This document shows positions 52,240 through 63,192 of a DNA stretch of 64,000 nt, piece by piece. The position numbers and the translations under genes are program-made. The DNA comes from Sedimentisphaerales bacterium (GTDB lineage Bacteria > Planctomycetota > Phycisphaerae > Sedimentisphaerales > Anaerobacaceae), in contig OY970194.1 in the NCBI GenBank assembly GCA_963708075.1, positions 2,656,001 to 2,720,000 of the forward strand, written 5' to 3'. Position 1 is the stretch's first letter. Each line of letters starts with the position of its first letter. The notes under the pieces were generated by a model. The model saw nothing but the letters and a program-made list of their open reading frames with translations, was not told the DNA's origin and did not search any database.

Positions 52240-53189
52240 CGTCGTCGCCGTCTCTCTATATATCCCTGTAAAGCCGCCGGATACGGGGTCTCCGTGCTCA
52301 TCAGCTCGTAATCGATCCTTCGCGCCTCGGCCATGGACATGATCGTGTCGATATACTGCTGCAGCTCGCGGCTGTACGCCTGCCGGACGTCATCGGGGAC
52401 AGACGTCAGCCTCTCACCGGATTCCAGGTCGACGAAATTCACGCTCGCCAGGTTCGGCAGCTCCAACTCGTGCTTGTGCAGAACGTGGAACAGCACGACC
52501 TCGAAGCCGCGGTGCAGATACATGTCCAGCACGCCGAACAAGGCCTCGGGATCGTCCAGGAGGTCGGAGATCACAACGAGGATCCCCCGCCGCTTCAGCA
52601 GCGAAGAGGCCTGCTGCAATACCTTCGACGTGCAGGTCTTGCGATGGACCTTCTGCACTTCCAGCGCATGGAGAATCTCGTTGAGATGGGTGAACGTGCT
52701 GCCCGCGGGCAAATGCTGCTCGATGTCGGAGCCGAACAGCGTCAGACTCACGCGGTCCCCCTGCTTGAGCAACAGATAGCTCAGCGCAGCGCTGAGAAAG
52801 CACGCGTAATCGTACTTCGAGACATCCTCCTTCCCGAAGAACTTCTCATGCGAGGACCCGCCGAACGCCATGGACGCGCTGCAATCGACCAGCAGGTAGC
52901 AGGTCATCACCGTCTCCTGCTCGCACAGCTTGATCACGTAGCGGTCGGTCCGCCCGTACACCTTCCAGTCGATCTTTCGGATATCGTCGCCAGGCATGTA
53001 CTCGCGGTAGTCGGTGAACTCCTGCGAATGGCCCTTGATCAGTGACTTGTGCTTGCCCGTGTAGGCGCCATCAACGGCCCCGCGAGGAGAAAAGGACAAG
53101 TGCTTCAAGAACCCGAGGGTGCGTTCATCAAGGTACTTGTGTGATTCGCTTCGCAACGGAATGTCCACACCCTGTCGCATCCTACTCAT
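52224..53189 (-). CDS. DUF58 protein
   Basis: G.HKS..GHSQEFTDYREYMPGDDIRKIDWK; DCSASM. Confidence 0.92.
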   Translation of the reverse strand: MSRMRQGVDIPLRSESHKYLDERTLGFLKHLSFSPRGAVDGAYTGKHKSLIKGHSQEFTDYREYMPGDDIRKIDWKVYGRTDRYVIKLCEQETVMTCYLLVDCSASMAFGGSSHEKFFGKEDVSKYDYACFLSAALSYLLLKQGDRVSLTLFGSDIEQHLPAGSTFTHLNEILHALEVQKVHRKTCTSKVLQQASSLLKRRGILVVISDLLDDPEALFGVLDMYLHRGFEVVLFHVLHKHELELPNLASVNFVDLESGERLTSVPDDVRQAYSRELQQYIDTIMSMAEARRIDYELMSTETPYPAALQGYIERRRRRCGFS

Positions 53190-53219
53190 ATCTGTTTAGC
53201 CTGGAAAGGCCCCAATGCT

Positions 53220-53418
53220 GGGTGGCACGGGCAAACTCGTTGGGTTCGTCCCAAGTTCTTGAGTTTTGGGTGGCAGCGGCAAGCGCAGCTTGCCGATGGT
53301 TTGCCCATTCGCCATCGGCAAAGCCTTCGGCCTTGCCGCTGCCACTCGTCTGGGTAGCTTGTATCAGGCCCATCCGAAGGATTTGGGGCGTTACCAACGA
53401 GTTTTGGCGGTGCCACCC
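53220..53418. repeat. Nested palindrome: outer GGGTGGCAC..GTGCCACCC arms enclosing copy 2 of the GGGTGGCAGCG element
   Basis: Outer arms aaactcgttgg / ccaacgagttt; inner element at 53268-53347. Confidence 0.75.
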
Positions 53419-53452
53419 GGCGAACGGCCGGCTTCACGCTAAACACATACTC

Positions 53453-54598
<1,146 letters not shown>

Positions 54599-54647
54599 AC
54601 TCCCCTAAACCACCGCGCAGCTTGTTGCGAAAGGCCAATCTACGCCT

Positions 54648-54792
54648 CGAAATCCGAAGCACGAAACCCGAAATCCGAAACAAATCCAAAACTCGAAGGT
54701 CCCAAACGCTGTCGCCGGCTTGGCCACGTTCCGAATTTGGGATTTCGATCCTTCGTGCTTGTCTCGGATTTCGACACTCGGATTTCGAATTT
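54648..54792. repeat. MITE-like imperfect palindrome, copy 2 (inverse of 17921-18040)
   Basis: cgaaatccgaaacaaatccaaa...gtcgccggcttggcc...cggatttcgaattt. Confidence 0.75.
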
Positions 54793-55049
54793 GACCCTAC
54801 GGCATAACCTTAGACGTACAAGAACTTTACGACCAACACCCGATTTCAACTTGCCCTGTGGTGCTAATCTACAATATAGCGGTTGCAGAAGGCCTCGCAA
54901 CACGCCATTTCCCTATTCTCCGCCCGGAAACAGCCCCCTCAAGCCCCGGATTCATGCCCTATGGCCGTTCCTATACTTAAGGACGCACAGCCCCCACGTA
55001 TGTTACAAAAGAAATCCCCCGGCCCGGCCTCCGCCCGCAACCAAATCAT

Positions 55050-55129
55050 CTCGCGCAGAGACGCTGAGACGCAGAGAACTGCAGGAAAGAATCGCGTTTT
55101 CCCCTCTGCGTCCCTGCGTCTCTGCGCGA
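55050..55129. repeat. Palindrome CTCGCGCAGAGACGC..GCGTCTCTGCGCGA
   Basis: Second copy at about 58160-58242. Confidence 0.7.
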
Positions 55130-55217
55130 TACACAATCCTCTTTGACGCCTGTACTTACGCGACTTCGTAGGGTGGGTCCTTGACCCACGCGGGCCTTTG
55201 AGCGAAGCATCCCTTGG

Positions 55218-55388
55218 CTCAGGGAGTCCGTCAACATCTCGCAGTCTCAGTTCGCCAGAATGATCGGCGTCAGCAAAGACACCCTCCAGAATTGGGAGCA
55301 AGGCCGCAGACGCCCGCGAGGCCCCGCCAAAGCCCTCCTGCGAGTCTTCGAAAAGGACCCCAAAGCCGTCATCCGCGCCCTCGACTGA
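55218..55388 (+). pseudogene. 5'-truncated XRE/HigA-type HTH (antitoxin-like) remnant
   Basis: LRESVNISQSQFARMIGVSKDTLQNWEQGRRRPRGPAKALLRVFEKDPKAVIRALD*; no start or RBS seen; flanked by GTAG palindromes at 55168 and 55418. Confidence 0.7.
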
Positions 55389-55534
55389 CAGCACTGCCAC
55401 CAGCCTTAACGTATAGCGTAGGGGCTGACCGTCAGCCCCTCGGCATCGCGCCTTCTCCGATTTTTCTTCGAGAGCAGCGGTTCTTCTGCCGAAAAGTATA
55501 ATGGCAATGGCTATGCCATGCAGGAGACTCGTAC

Positions 55535-55879
55535 ATGCAGAAGTGGTCAAGTCAGGAATTGACGAGCGTGAACCATTCAGCCGATTTCTTCTGCCCGCAC
55601 TGTGAGGCCGGGAGTTTTGAGGTCCTCGGCGTCGAGCGGCACGTCGGCGAGCAGGACCAAACGCACTGCGCTCTGGTCATGCGATGCCTGGTCTGTCATG
55701 GCCGTTTCTGGCATCTGGCCGAGACCCAAAGTTCCTTCCTGCAAGCCCCCGCCCCAGCCGCAGTCCATTTACAGGTGAACCTGCCCGAACTGTCCCCCAA
55801 CCAGGGGACAGCAGTTCCATCCCCCTCCAAAGCACGAACCTGCTCGGGCACAATCCCCCCAGCCAGTTTCCTCGGATAA
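55535..55879 (+). CDS. Hypothetical protein with a possible zinc ribbon
   Basis: RBS GGAGA; CPHC...CLVC. Confidence 0.4.
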   Translation: MQKWSSQELTSVNHSADFFCPHCEAGSFEVLGVERHVGEQDQTHCALVMRCLVCHGRFWHLAETQSSFLQAPAPAAVHLQVNLPELSPNQGTAVPSPSKARTCSGTIPPASFLG

Positions 55880-55890
55880 TAAGAGCCCTA

Positions 55891-56112
55891 TCAGTCCAAA
55901 ACCGAGATAAGTGAGGCGTCCCTGGGACTCAAATCTACTTCAGAGAAGAGGACCTGACATCCTCTCCCCCCGACCTCGGCCCATCTGCCAATAGTTGATA
56001 ATTGAGACTCGACCCCACGTCCCGCGGCGGTCGCCTTAGGGCTATTCGTCCTTTTGCAGCCAATGAAGGCCACGATCATCACCAATCCGAGCGCTACGAG
56101 TGTGGTTCGCAT
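55891..56112 (-). CDS. Short, probably truncated lipoprotein
   Basis: MRTTLVALGLVMIVAFIGC lipoprotein-like signal; RBS GAGGG. Confidence 0.4.
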   Translation of the reverse strand: MRTTLVALGLVMIVAFIGCKRTNSPKATAAGRGVESQLSTIGRWAEVGGRGCQVLFSEVDLSPRDASLISVLD

Positions 56113-56189
56113 CCTACCCTCAGCATTCTGTTAGACCTTTGAGCCTGCTGGATACGGCCTCTGCGAAGCCTAGGGTGCCATACCTAATC

Positions 56190-57021
56190 TTAGCACTCCT
56201 GAGATATGGTGCCATATAATTGTGAAATCCTGCAGAACATGCGTCCGTTCTTGGTGTTTGAGCCACGCGAGATTCCCACTGCATAAAGGTAGAGCGAGCG
56301 TGACACCCAACTCTCGGCGGGAGTGGCGGGGGAAATCAGGACTTCGTCAAGAAGATCATATAGCTTGTCAATGGCAACAGGAATAATCCCGGTAGACGAG
56401 ATCTCCTCTGGCAGCACGATATAGCGGTATTCGGCCTCGTGGCGAAATACCGTTCTTTTGATGAAGAGGCCTGAGGCTGTCCCGAGTGAGATCATCGCTT
56501 GGTCGATCACCTTATCGCCGGGCACATATTGGACTTTTCCTCTGAACCCCTGTCCATTGCGCCGGCTCTTCTCGAGCAATCCTGTTATCTTGCCCAGAGA
56601 TGTTCGTATTCTCACGCCGCCGTTCTTACAGTAGCTCTCCCACATGGCAGCAGATCCGTGCTGCCCAAGTTCTCTCATGGCCACGCTATGGTCTTCAGGC
56701 GTGTACAATCTGGCATCCTCCGTATGGAGGGTCCAGCAGCTTCCGTACAGGTCATCCTTGTTTCTACCAAAGAGATGTGGATCTTTCCGATGCTTGTTGA
56801 GGAACTCAAATGCAAGGCCCTCATAGGCGTCGGGCCAATCGCAGATTCGCGAAAGACCAAGTTGCCCGAACTCGCGTAGGTGGAGAAATGCATTCGTGGA
56901 GAGATATCTGTATAGCGGCGTATCATCAGGTAGATCATCTTCGCCAGGGGGCAGACACGGGCTTACTGAAATAGGCATCGTCTTCCTCACTTGATGACAA
57001 GCGAAACTGGGGTGGTTGCAT
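56190..57021 (-). CDS. DUF2971-like hypothetical protein, lower GC; true start probably 57021 with a frameshift near 56960
   Basis: LYRY, WPDAYEG, SCWT, AMWESY, FIKR..FRHEAEYR; AAGGAG RBS precedes the out-of-frame ATG 57021. Confidence 0.6.
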
Positions 57022-57333
57022 ATCTTCTCCTTGCTTCACCCCGAACGCGAGGACAGCCACCTAGTCCCGCCTTCTCTTGTCTTATTTAGGCTTCAACGTT
57101 CAGACGCTCACGGCCGTGCAATTCAACTTGGCCTCACCACATTCATCCGGCCGACAGCGGGGCGGAACGCTCATTTTTGCACCTGCACCAGAAGTAGGTC
57201 TCTGACGATTATTATCGGGAATGGAGGAGGAAGTGTCAAGAAAACGACAGTTTGGTGATCGTCCCAAGGATTGGGGGCCTTCGAGGGTGGCCCTTAGGGG
57301 AGTTCCAGAGGGGGTCAGGGGGTCAGGGCTGGT

Positions 57334-57522
57334 GGGGTCATCCATATAGGGTTCTTGTCAAGTACAAAAGTATTCTCCCTGAACCGAAATCTTTACGCCT
57401 ATGCCGAGTCGGCGCTTCGGTTGGGGCAGGAAAAGGGGTCGTCCATATAGGGTTCTTGTCAAGTACAAAAATACTCTCCCTGAACCGAAATTTTTACGCC
57501 TCTGCCGAGTCGTCGCTTCGGT
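57334..57522 (+). repeat. Two near-identical 88-bp direct repeats, period 101 bp
   Basis: ggggtc(a/g)tccatatagggttcttgtcaagtacaaaa...cgcttcggt at 57334 and 57435. Confidence 0.9.
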
Positions 57523-58635
57523 CGGGCTCTGTCGGCCTGTGTTTTGCTGCGCGACAATAATCTCACGAACCGCTCCGGGCGTCCGGCTCTGCTGTGCACC
57601 TGCGAGTTCTCTGTCGTTTCATTCGTCGAGTCCGCCTGTCCCCAGGCGGCTCTTTCGCGCAGTCATCCATCCGGATCTAGGCCGGACGCCACAGGCCCTG
57701 TGAGCCAAGGTCCGGCCCCATCCCGACCCCGTCGGGACCAGAACAACGTCAGTACCGTGCCCTGTTCACTCGATGCCCATCCCGCAGGACGGACGTGACA
57801 GACCCAATGACTCGCCTCATCCGAAGGGGGGAAAGGGGGGGAAAGGGGTCAGGCTTTGGATTTAGGTGTCTGAGTGAGGAAAGCCTTATCCGTCGCGATC
57901 CTCTTTTCTCCGTGTCCTCCGTGATCTCCGTGGTAGGCGCCGTTGAGGGTCAGCCCTTACGTTAGACTTCAGTGGGCGAGCGGGGTCAGCGACTTGAATT
58001 CCGGGGAGGCATTGGTTGCTTGTTTCGGTTTCCCATTGGGTATGGTGTCAGCAGAGAGCAGACGGCATTGATCTGCGCTGCTAACTCGCAACAACTGAAG
58101 AACATTTCCAGATGATTCCAGGCGGACACTGCAAGGCCTTGGAACAAAACGGATCATATCTCGCGCGGAGACGCAGGGACGCTGGGGTTTCACACATATT
58201 GCCTTCATGGTTTTTCTCTGCGTCTCCGCGTCTCTGCGCGAGGTAATATCCGTTCCGGCCGGAGGCGGGGCTGTGTTCATCGGCGGTTTCCCCCTTCGTG
58301 GTTCAGGGGGTTGGTGCGTGGTACGCACTCTGCGGAGTGAGGCGAGGTCCGGCGGAAAATCTTCATGTTTTCCGGATTTTCCTGCAACAGCAAACGGCGG
58401 CGTGCGTCTGATATATAGAGAACAACTCGTTGCGAGCCGTACGGGGCATTCACCATGGAGGCACAGAGATCGCGGAGATAAGCTTGAGACTACCGGTGAG
58501 ATGGCCTTGGCGTTCATTCTCTGGGTCTCTATGGCGAGAATTCATAGGCTCGGCGGGACAGGATGGCCGGGGGACACGGGATTGCGGAATGCGGAGTGAA
58601 GGGCGGATACCTGCGATGGCAAACACGGACAGCCG

Positions 58636-59384
58636 TGCAAAACAAACCCAATTCCGAAAAGGTGTGAAGTGTCAAGGAGTCCTGCTGAACCTCAGACTGC
58701 GCACCTCACACCCGACACTTCCCGGCAGACGCCCTGCCGCGTCACTACGAGCGGGACCTGTTCTCCAAAACAAAGCCAATCTGGCGGCTCGCCAGGCGGG
58801 AGTCTGGGCCATATCGTGCGAAACAAACCCAATTCGGCAGTGGGCCGGCGTGTGAAACAAAGCCAATTCTGAGGGAGTTTCAAGTTTGAAGTGTGAAGTG
58901 GCAAGCGGGAGGGGCAGGGCACGAGCCGTCTGACTTCAAACTTCAAACGTCACACTTCAAACTCGCCCCGTGCGGAACAAAGCCAATTGGGCAAGAAGTT
59001 CGATGTTTGAGGTGTGAAGCAGGTGGGACCCGGTGTGCGAAACAAAGCCAATTTGTCAGGAACAGGCCCCAGGCCGGAGGCAGGTGCGAGCGTTATGCGA
59101 AACAAAGCCAATTGAGGCCGGGGGCGAGGGATTGCGGATTGCAGATTGCGGAGTGCGGATTGAAGGATGGCGGAACAAAGCCAATTTGGTGTGCGGGGCT
59201 TGCCCGCGAAACAAAGCCAATCCGGGGGGCTCGACAGGCGGGAGTCCGGGCATATCATGCAAAACAAACCCAATTCGGCGCGAGGCCGGCGTGCGAAACA
59301 AAGCCAATTGTCACAGACAAACAGAGCCCGAGCCTGGCCTTGGTCTGATCGGGGGATATGCGATATGGAGAAACAAAGCCAATT
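58636..59384 (+). repeat. Array of 12 co-oriented (A/G)AACAAA(G/C)CCAAT(T) motifs with variable spacers
   Basis: Starts at 58640, 58768, 58821, 58855, 58975, 59040, 59100, 59173, 59209, 59262, 59296 and 59371. Confidence 0.9.
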
Positions 59385-59430
59385 GCGGGTCGTTCGGCTT
59401 CTACGCGATCGCTACCGCCTGGGGGCTCTG

Positions 59431-61015
59431 AGGCTGTGAGAGAATTCGAATTACTGTGATGGTTCGACTGCATCTCTGCGACCTGATCGGTCCTTGTTCA
59501 TTCTGTAGATCTCAGTCTATTCAGGTTCGTTCAGGGGTCGATCTGTCTTGTCCAAACCTCCATCAGTTCAGCAGCCGGCCCGATCGGGCCCTGGGGCGGT
59601 ACTCTATGCCCCTTTTGGACTCTCAGCCCACCAATAATGCCTCACCAAAATGTATCATGTTGTACGCCAGCGCAGACCACAGCGCAACACAACGCACCTT
59701 GTGCAGCCCACGGACCAGCAATCGAGCCAACCCGCGATAGGTCCGCAGATCGGCGTTGACCGTCTCACTGGTCGCCGCCCGTTCCTTATAGATGCTCTTG
59801 CCTTCTTCACTGGCCATGCGCGTCCGCCAGGCGGCGATCTCAGGGCTGTCCGTCTTACGCACCTGACAGGGGTCCACACACCCTCGACCGCCCTGCGGCG
59901 GAGCGTAGATGCGTACACCCGCCTGCTCGGCCGCCTGGATCTGCTCCAACTTGACAAAGCCTCCATCCATCAAGTGCTCCTTCACCTGGCCGTCCGTACG
60001 CTCCTCGACGTGCTCACGCATCGGCGCACTCTCGGCCTTGTCCGTGCCCGCGTTGGTCACGTCCACGCCCAGGATCGCCCGCGATTGCGTGTCGCTGGCG
60101 AACTGCAGGTTATAGGCTGGACGAAAGCCGCCATCAGGCATTTTCATCACACGGGCTTCACTGTCGGTCGTCGAGGCACGCGGCGGGCTGGGTTTGTCCC
60201 GCTGATTGTTCCGCGCTTGGGCTTTGACCTTCTTGATCTCCTCCAAGGCCCCCAGCGCCTTTTCCACTCGCTCCAGCCGCTCTCGAGCCGCTCGTTCTTT
60301 CGCCGCCACCTGCCGCGCATGGCGATCCGTAAGGGCGGGCGACTCCCGCTGGGCCTTCAGAGCTTCCACCTGGCCCTTGGCCTGGTCGAGCAACTCGTTC
60401 AATCGCCGCTCCCGTCGAAAACTGCCTTTGCCGGCGCTGGCCCGCACACGCATCCCATCCTGGCTGATCCGATGCACGCTGACCAGCTTACGCTCCATCA
60501 GCATCGCCAGCACCTCGGTCATCAGACCGTCCAACGCCTCTTCATGACTGACGCGAAAATCACTCAACGTGTGATAGTTCACGCCAACCCCGCCGCACAG
60601 CCAGCGATACGCCGCATGATGCTCGCACAGCCGCTCCAACTCCCGCGCGCTGCCCACCCCCTGGGTCGCCGCATACAACCACAATGCCACCAGCAAGCGA
60701 ACGTCCGTCGCCGACCGCCCGGCCTGTCCCTCACTGACCTTCAGTCCCTCGGTAAACTTCGACAGGTCCAGCCGCTCCACCACGGCCCAAAGCACCCGCA
60801 CGTGATGGCCCGGCGGGATCGTCTCTTCCAGGGACAACGGAACCATCCGCGTTTGTGACCGGTCCGGCCGACGAAACCGCAACGGACCCGCAGGCACACA
60901 GTCTCTCGAATCTTGTTCCATCTCACTAACCTGAGATTCCATTCCCGGCAGAGTTCCTTGCTCTTTCATGCCCGTTATTCTACCATCCCCGTCAAGACCG
61001 ATTTCTTCACAGCCT
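59431..61015 (-). mobile_element. IS1182-family insertion sequence
   Basis: Ends AGGCTGTGA(G)AGAA / TTCTTCACAGCCT; flanking direct repeat CTCTG (or TCT if each end is 1 nt longer). Confidence 0.85.
59623..60969 (-). CDS. IS1182-family DDE transposase
   Basis: LWLYA..GVGSARELERLC..AYRWLCG..YHTLSDFR; QDGMRVRASA; TDSEARVMK..PAYNLQ; MDGGF; YKERAATSE; AYNM. Confidence 0.9.
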   Translation of the reverse strand: MKEQGTLPGMESQVSEMEQDSRDCVPAGPLRFRRPDRSQTRMVPLSLEETIPPGHHVRVLWAVVERLDLSKFTEGLKVSEGQAGRSATDVRLLVALWLYAATQGVGSARELERLCEHHAAYRWLCGGVGVNYHTLSDFRVSHEEALDGLMTEVLAMLMERKLVSVHRISQDGMRVRASAGKGSFRRERRLNELLDQAKGQVEALKAQRESPALTDRHARQVAAKERAARERLERVEKALGALEEIKKVKAQARNNQRDKPSPPRASTTDSEARVMKMPDGGFRPAYNLQFASDTQSRAILGVDVTNAGTDKAESAPMREHVEERTDGQVKEHLMDGGFVKLEQIQAAEQAGVRIYAPPQGGRGCVDPCQVRKTDSPEIAAWRTRMASEEGKSIYKERAATSETVNADLRTYRGLARLLVRGLHKVRCVALWSALAYNMIHFGEALLVG

Positions 61016-61039
61016 CTCTGCTCCGGCCCTCAAATACGC

Positions 61040-61074
61040 AAAAACCGCGTTCCGGCGGGTGGGAACGCGGTTTT
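61040..61074 (-). terminator. Intrinsic terminator downstream of the tRNA
   Basis: aaaaccgcgttcc-loop-ggaacgcggtttt. Confidence 0.75.
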
Positions 61075-61077
61075 CAA

Positions 61078-61151
61078 TGCGCCTGGAGGGACTCGAACCC
61101 CCAACCCTCAGCTCCGTAGGCTGATGCTCTATCCAATTAAGCTACAGGCGC
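61078..61151 (-). tRNA. tRNA-Arg(ACG); CCA not encoded
   Basis: GCGCCTG TAGCTTAATTGGATAGAGC A TCAGC CT ACG GA GCTGA ... GTTCGAGTCCCTC CAGGCGC A. Confidence 0.95.
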
Positions 61152-61164
61152 GAAGAACAACCTG

Positions 61165-61193
61165 AGTGTACTGCGCCGTTACACCTCTGTCAA
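61165..61193 (-). promoter_or_regulatory. sigma70 promoter of the tRNA
   Basis: TTGACA-N17-TACACT. Confidence 0.75.
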
Positions 61194-61576
61194 CTCTCAG
61201 GCAAAATCCTCGCAAAAGATGCTTACCGCCTTCGTACCATACCGGCACGAAGCACAAGTCCACTGGTAACTACGCTGCGTAAGTGCTGCTGCGGTAAGGC
61301 TTTCGCGATCCGTCCGAAAAAAATTTCAGGATTTCAGGGAAACGCCGTTATATCCCGTTGCCCTAGCGGCACTCTTATACGGACACCAATGAAAAAGCAA
61401 TCAATACAACGAGGTCCGAAGGTGGTGAAAACGATGATTCGCAGCGAAACCCAGGCAAATAGCTTTTCTAACATAACCCAAGTGGCACCCAAGTTGAACC
61501 CTGAATCCCAACGTATGACCAAACCACTAGCGCTTCTCTCGTGATGGCAGCTCTCTATCACCTGCCTCCACCAAAT

Positions 61577-61613
61577 CAGGCCCCGTTTCCCCCGAAACGG
61601 GGCTTGGTATTTT
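61577..61613 (+). terminator. Intrinsic terminator
   Basis: gccccgtttc-ccc-gaaacggggc followed by ttggtatttt. Confidence 0.65.
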
Positions 61614-61829
61614 GAGGGGGTGCCCAGGGGATTCTTACGAGGTCCTCATACCGATTGCATCTGAGTATTCCACATCTCCGCGCAGCATCGGTAAGAGCCT
61701 GCCCTGAGCGCAGTCGAACAGGCCAGAGGTTTTGCCGATGGCGAATGGTCAAACCATCGGCAAGCTAGCGCGTGTCGCTGCCACCCGAAGCTTGATGGTA
61801 CGCTGCGAGGAACTCGGGCGGAATCAGTA

Positions 61830-62957
61830 TCACTTCTGCGGGAGTTCCACTCCGATGTTGACGGTCACCTGGGGCGGAATAGTGAAGCTGACCGGCAGGG
61901 CCTTATTCGGGCCGATCAGGTAATTCCGCACGGTGTATGACAGCTCCGTTTGGGATTCGACGTTTTTCACCTTGAGCTTGAGCAGTGCTTTTCCATTGGG
62001 TGGGATCAGCAGTTCCTTGGGCCCCGGACCACCGGTTCTGTCCAGTTTGAGGTCGATATCGCAGTTGTTCTCCAAGGCCAGCCGGACGGTGGTCTCGCCC
62101 TCATAGTCAATATTCCGAACCGCGACCGCCTTGTCCAAGATCGCCTGGAGGTATTCGCGTTTGCCGATGAGCTGGTCATTGTGCCAGACTGCCGTCCGGC
62201 CGTTCACCAGAGCATCCTTCACGGCCTCATGCGTCTTTTCTTTGGCGAAGACCAGCGTCATCGGCCGGTGACGCTCGGCAGTCGTCTTGTCCACGGGGCA
62301 CGGGTCGTGGAGGTCGGTGTTGCCCATGAAGGTGAGATTCTTGTCGAGGGCCCACTCATGCACCTCCGGCTCATAATCCAGGCCGTTGACGACCTCGATG
62401 CCGCGCAGGTACTTCTTCTCATACAGCTCCGTGTGGATATCGAGCCACCCCTTCTTGTCCGGCTTCCAGTTCGGATGATTCCACCAGATGAATGCCCCCT
62501 GCTTGCTCGCCGCCTCCATGGCGTCCAACAAATCATTCGTATCCAGCGGCGCCACATCCTCCAGGAAAATGGCATTGAAGTGCCCGGGCGGCGTGTCCCG
62601 CGTGATCTCCGCGCCTCGGATGAGCAGGATATCGCGCTCCTTCGCCCGCGGCAGTGCGATCTCGTACGGCCGGTTGTGCTTCGTCGGGACGTCGTCCTTG
62701 TGCGGCTGATACTCGATATGGTCCGTGATCGAGATCGCATCGAGCCCCTCGCGCCACGCCTCATCGACGCGCACCGTCGGCCAGACCGCGCCGTCGGAGA
62801 ACACCGTGTGCATGTGGAAATCACATTTCAGCGTCTTATACCCCATGATCCCCGGGATGCGGATCTCCTGCCGGACCTGCGCCGAGAGCATGGCCGCTTG
62901 AAGCAGAATGACGAGGACACCCATGACCGCCCATCGAAGTTGCACCGCTCGTTTCAT
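61830..62957 (-). CDS. Exported PHP-domain metallo-phosphoesterase
   Basis: Signal peptide; CDFHMHTVFSDG, ITDHIE, GHFN, NHP, GNTDLH. Confidence 0.85.
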   Translation of the reverse strand: MKRAVQLRWAVMGVLVILLQAAMLSAQVRQEIRIPGIMGYKTLKCDFHMHTVFSDGAVWPTVRVDEAWREGLDAISITDHIEYQPHKDDVPTKHNRPYEIALPRAKERDILLIRGAEITRDTPPGHFNAIFLEDVAPLDTNDLLDAMEAASKQGAFIWWNHPNWKPDKKGWLDIHTELYEKKYLRGIEVVNGLDYEPEVHEWALDKNLTFMGNTDLHDPCPVDKTTAERHRPMTLVFAKEKTHEAVKDALVNGRTAVWHNDQLIGKREYLQAILDKAVAVRNIDYEGETTVRLALENNCDIDLKLDRTGGPGPKELLIPPNGKALLKLKVKNVESQTELSYTVRNYLIGPNKALPVSFTIPPQVTVNIGVELPQK

Positions 62958-63192
62958 CGACTACCCTTTCTTTGCTTGAATCACCAGTCACGGTAGGAAA
63001 TCCGCCTGTGACGCAACTAACCGCAGGCAGTATAGCGGCTGGTCTGGAGTCTGGCAACGCTTTGTCGCCGAGGAGACGTTTCCCGCTCGTCACGAACCCC
63101 GGAATCGGCGGTCCAGCAGGCTCTTGAAGAACTCAACCCTGTTTGGGTCCCGGCATAGAGTAGAAACGGCAAAGCCGTCAGTGAGTTCACAA

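Noticed and set aside
56120..57110. Integron cassette/attC sites (GTTAGAC at about 56128; TCTGAAC..GTTCGGG at about 57040-57105)
   Set aside because: The core sites are degenerate or wrongly oriented, internal pairing is unconvincing, and no integrase is present.
58636..59384. CRISPR array
   Set aside because: The repeat is only 14-18 nt, spacing ranges from 34 to 128 nt, spacers are partly duplicated, and no cas genes are in the window.
61078..61100. tRNA-anchored integrative element att site
   Set aside because: No co-oriented duplication of the tRNA 3' end and no integrase were noticed in the window.
61545..61575. tmRNA/tRNA-like 3' end (CTCCACCA) before a terminator
   Set aside because: There is no T-loop GTTC motif and no matching 5' acceptor strand.
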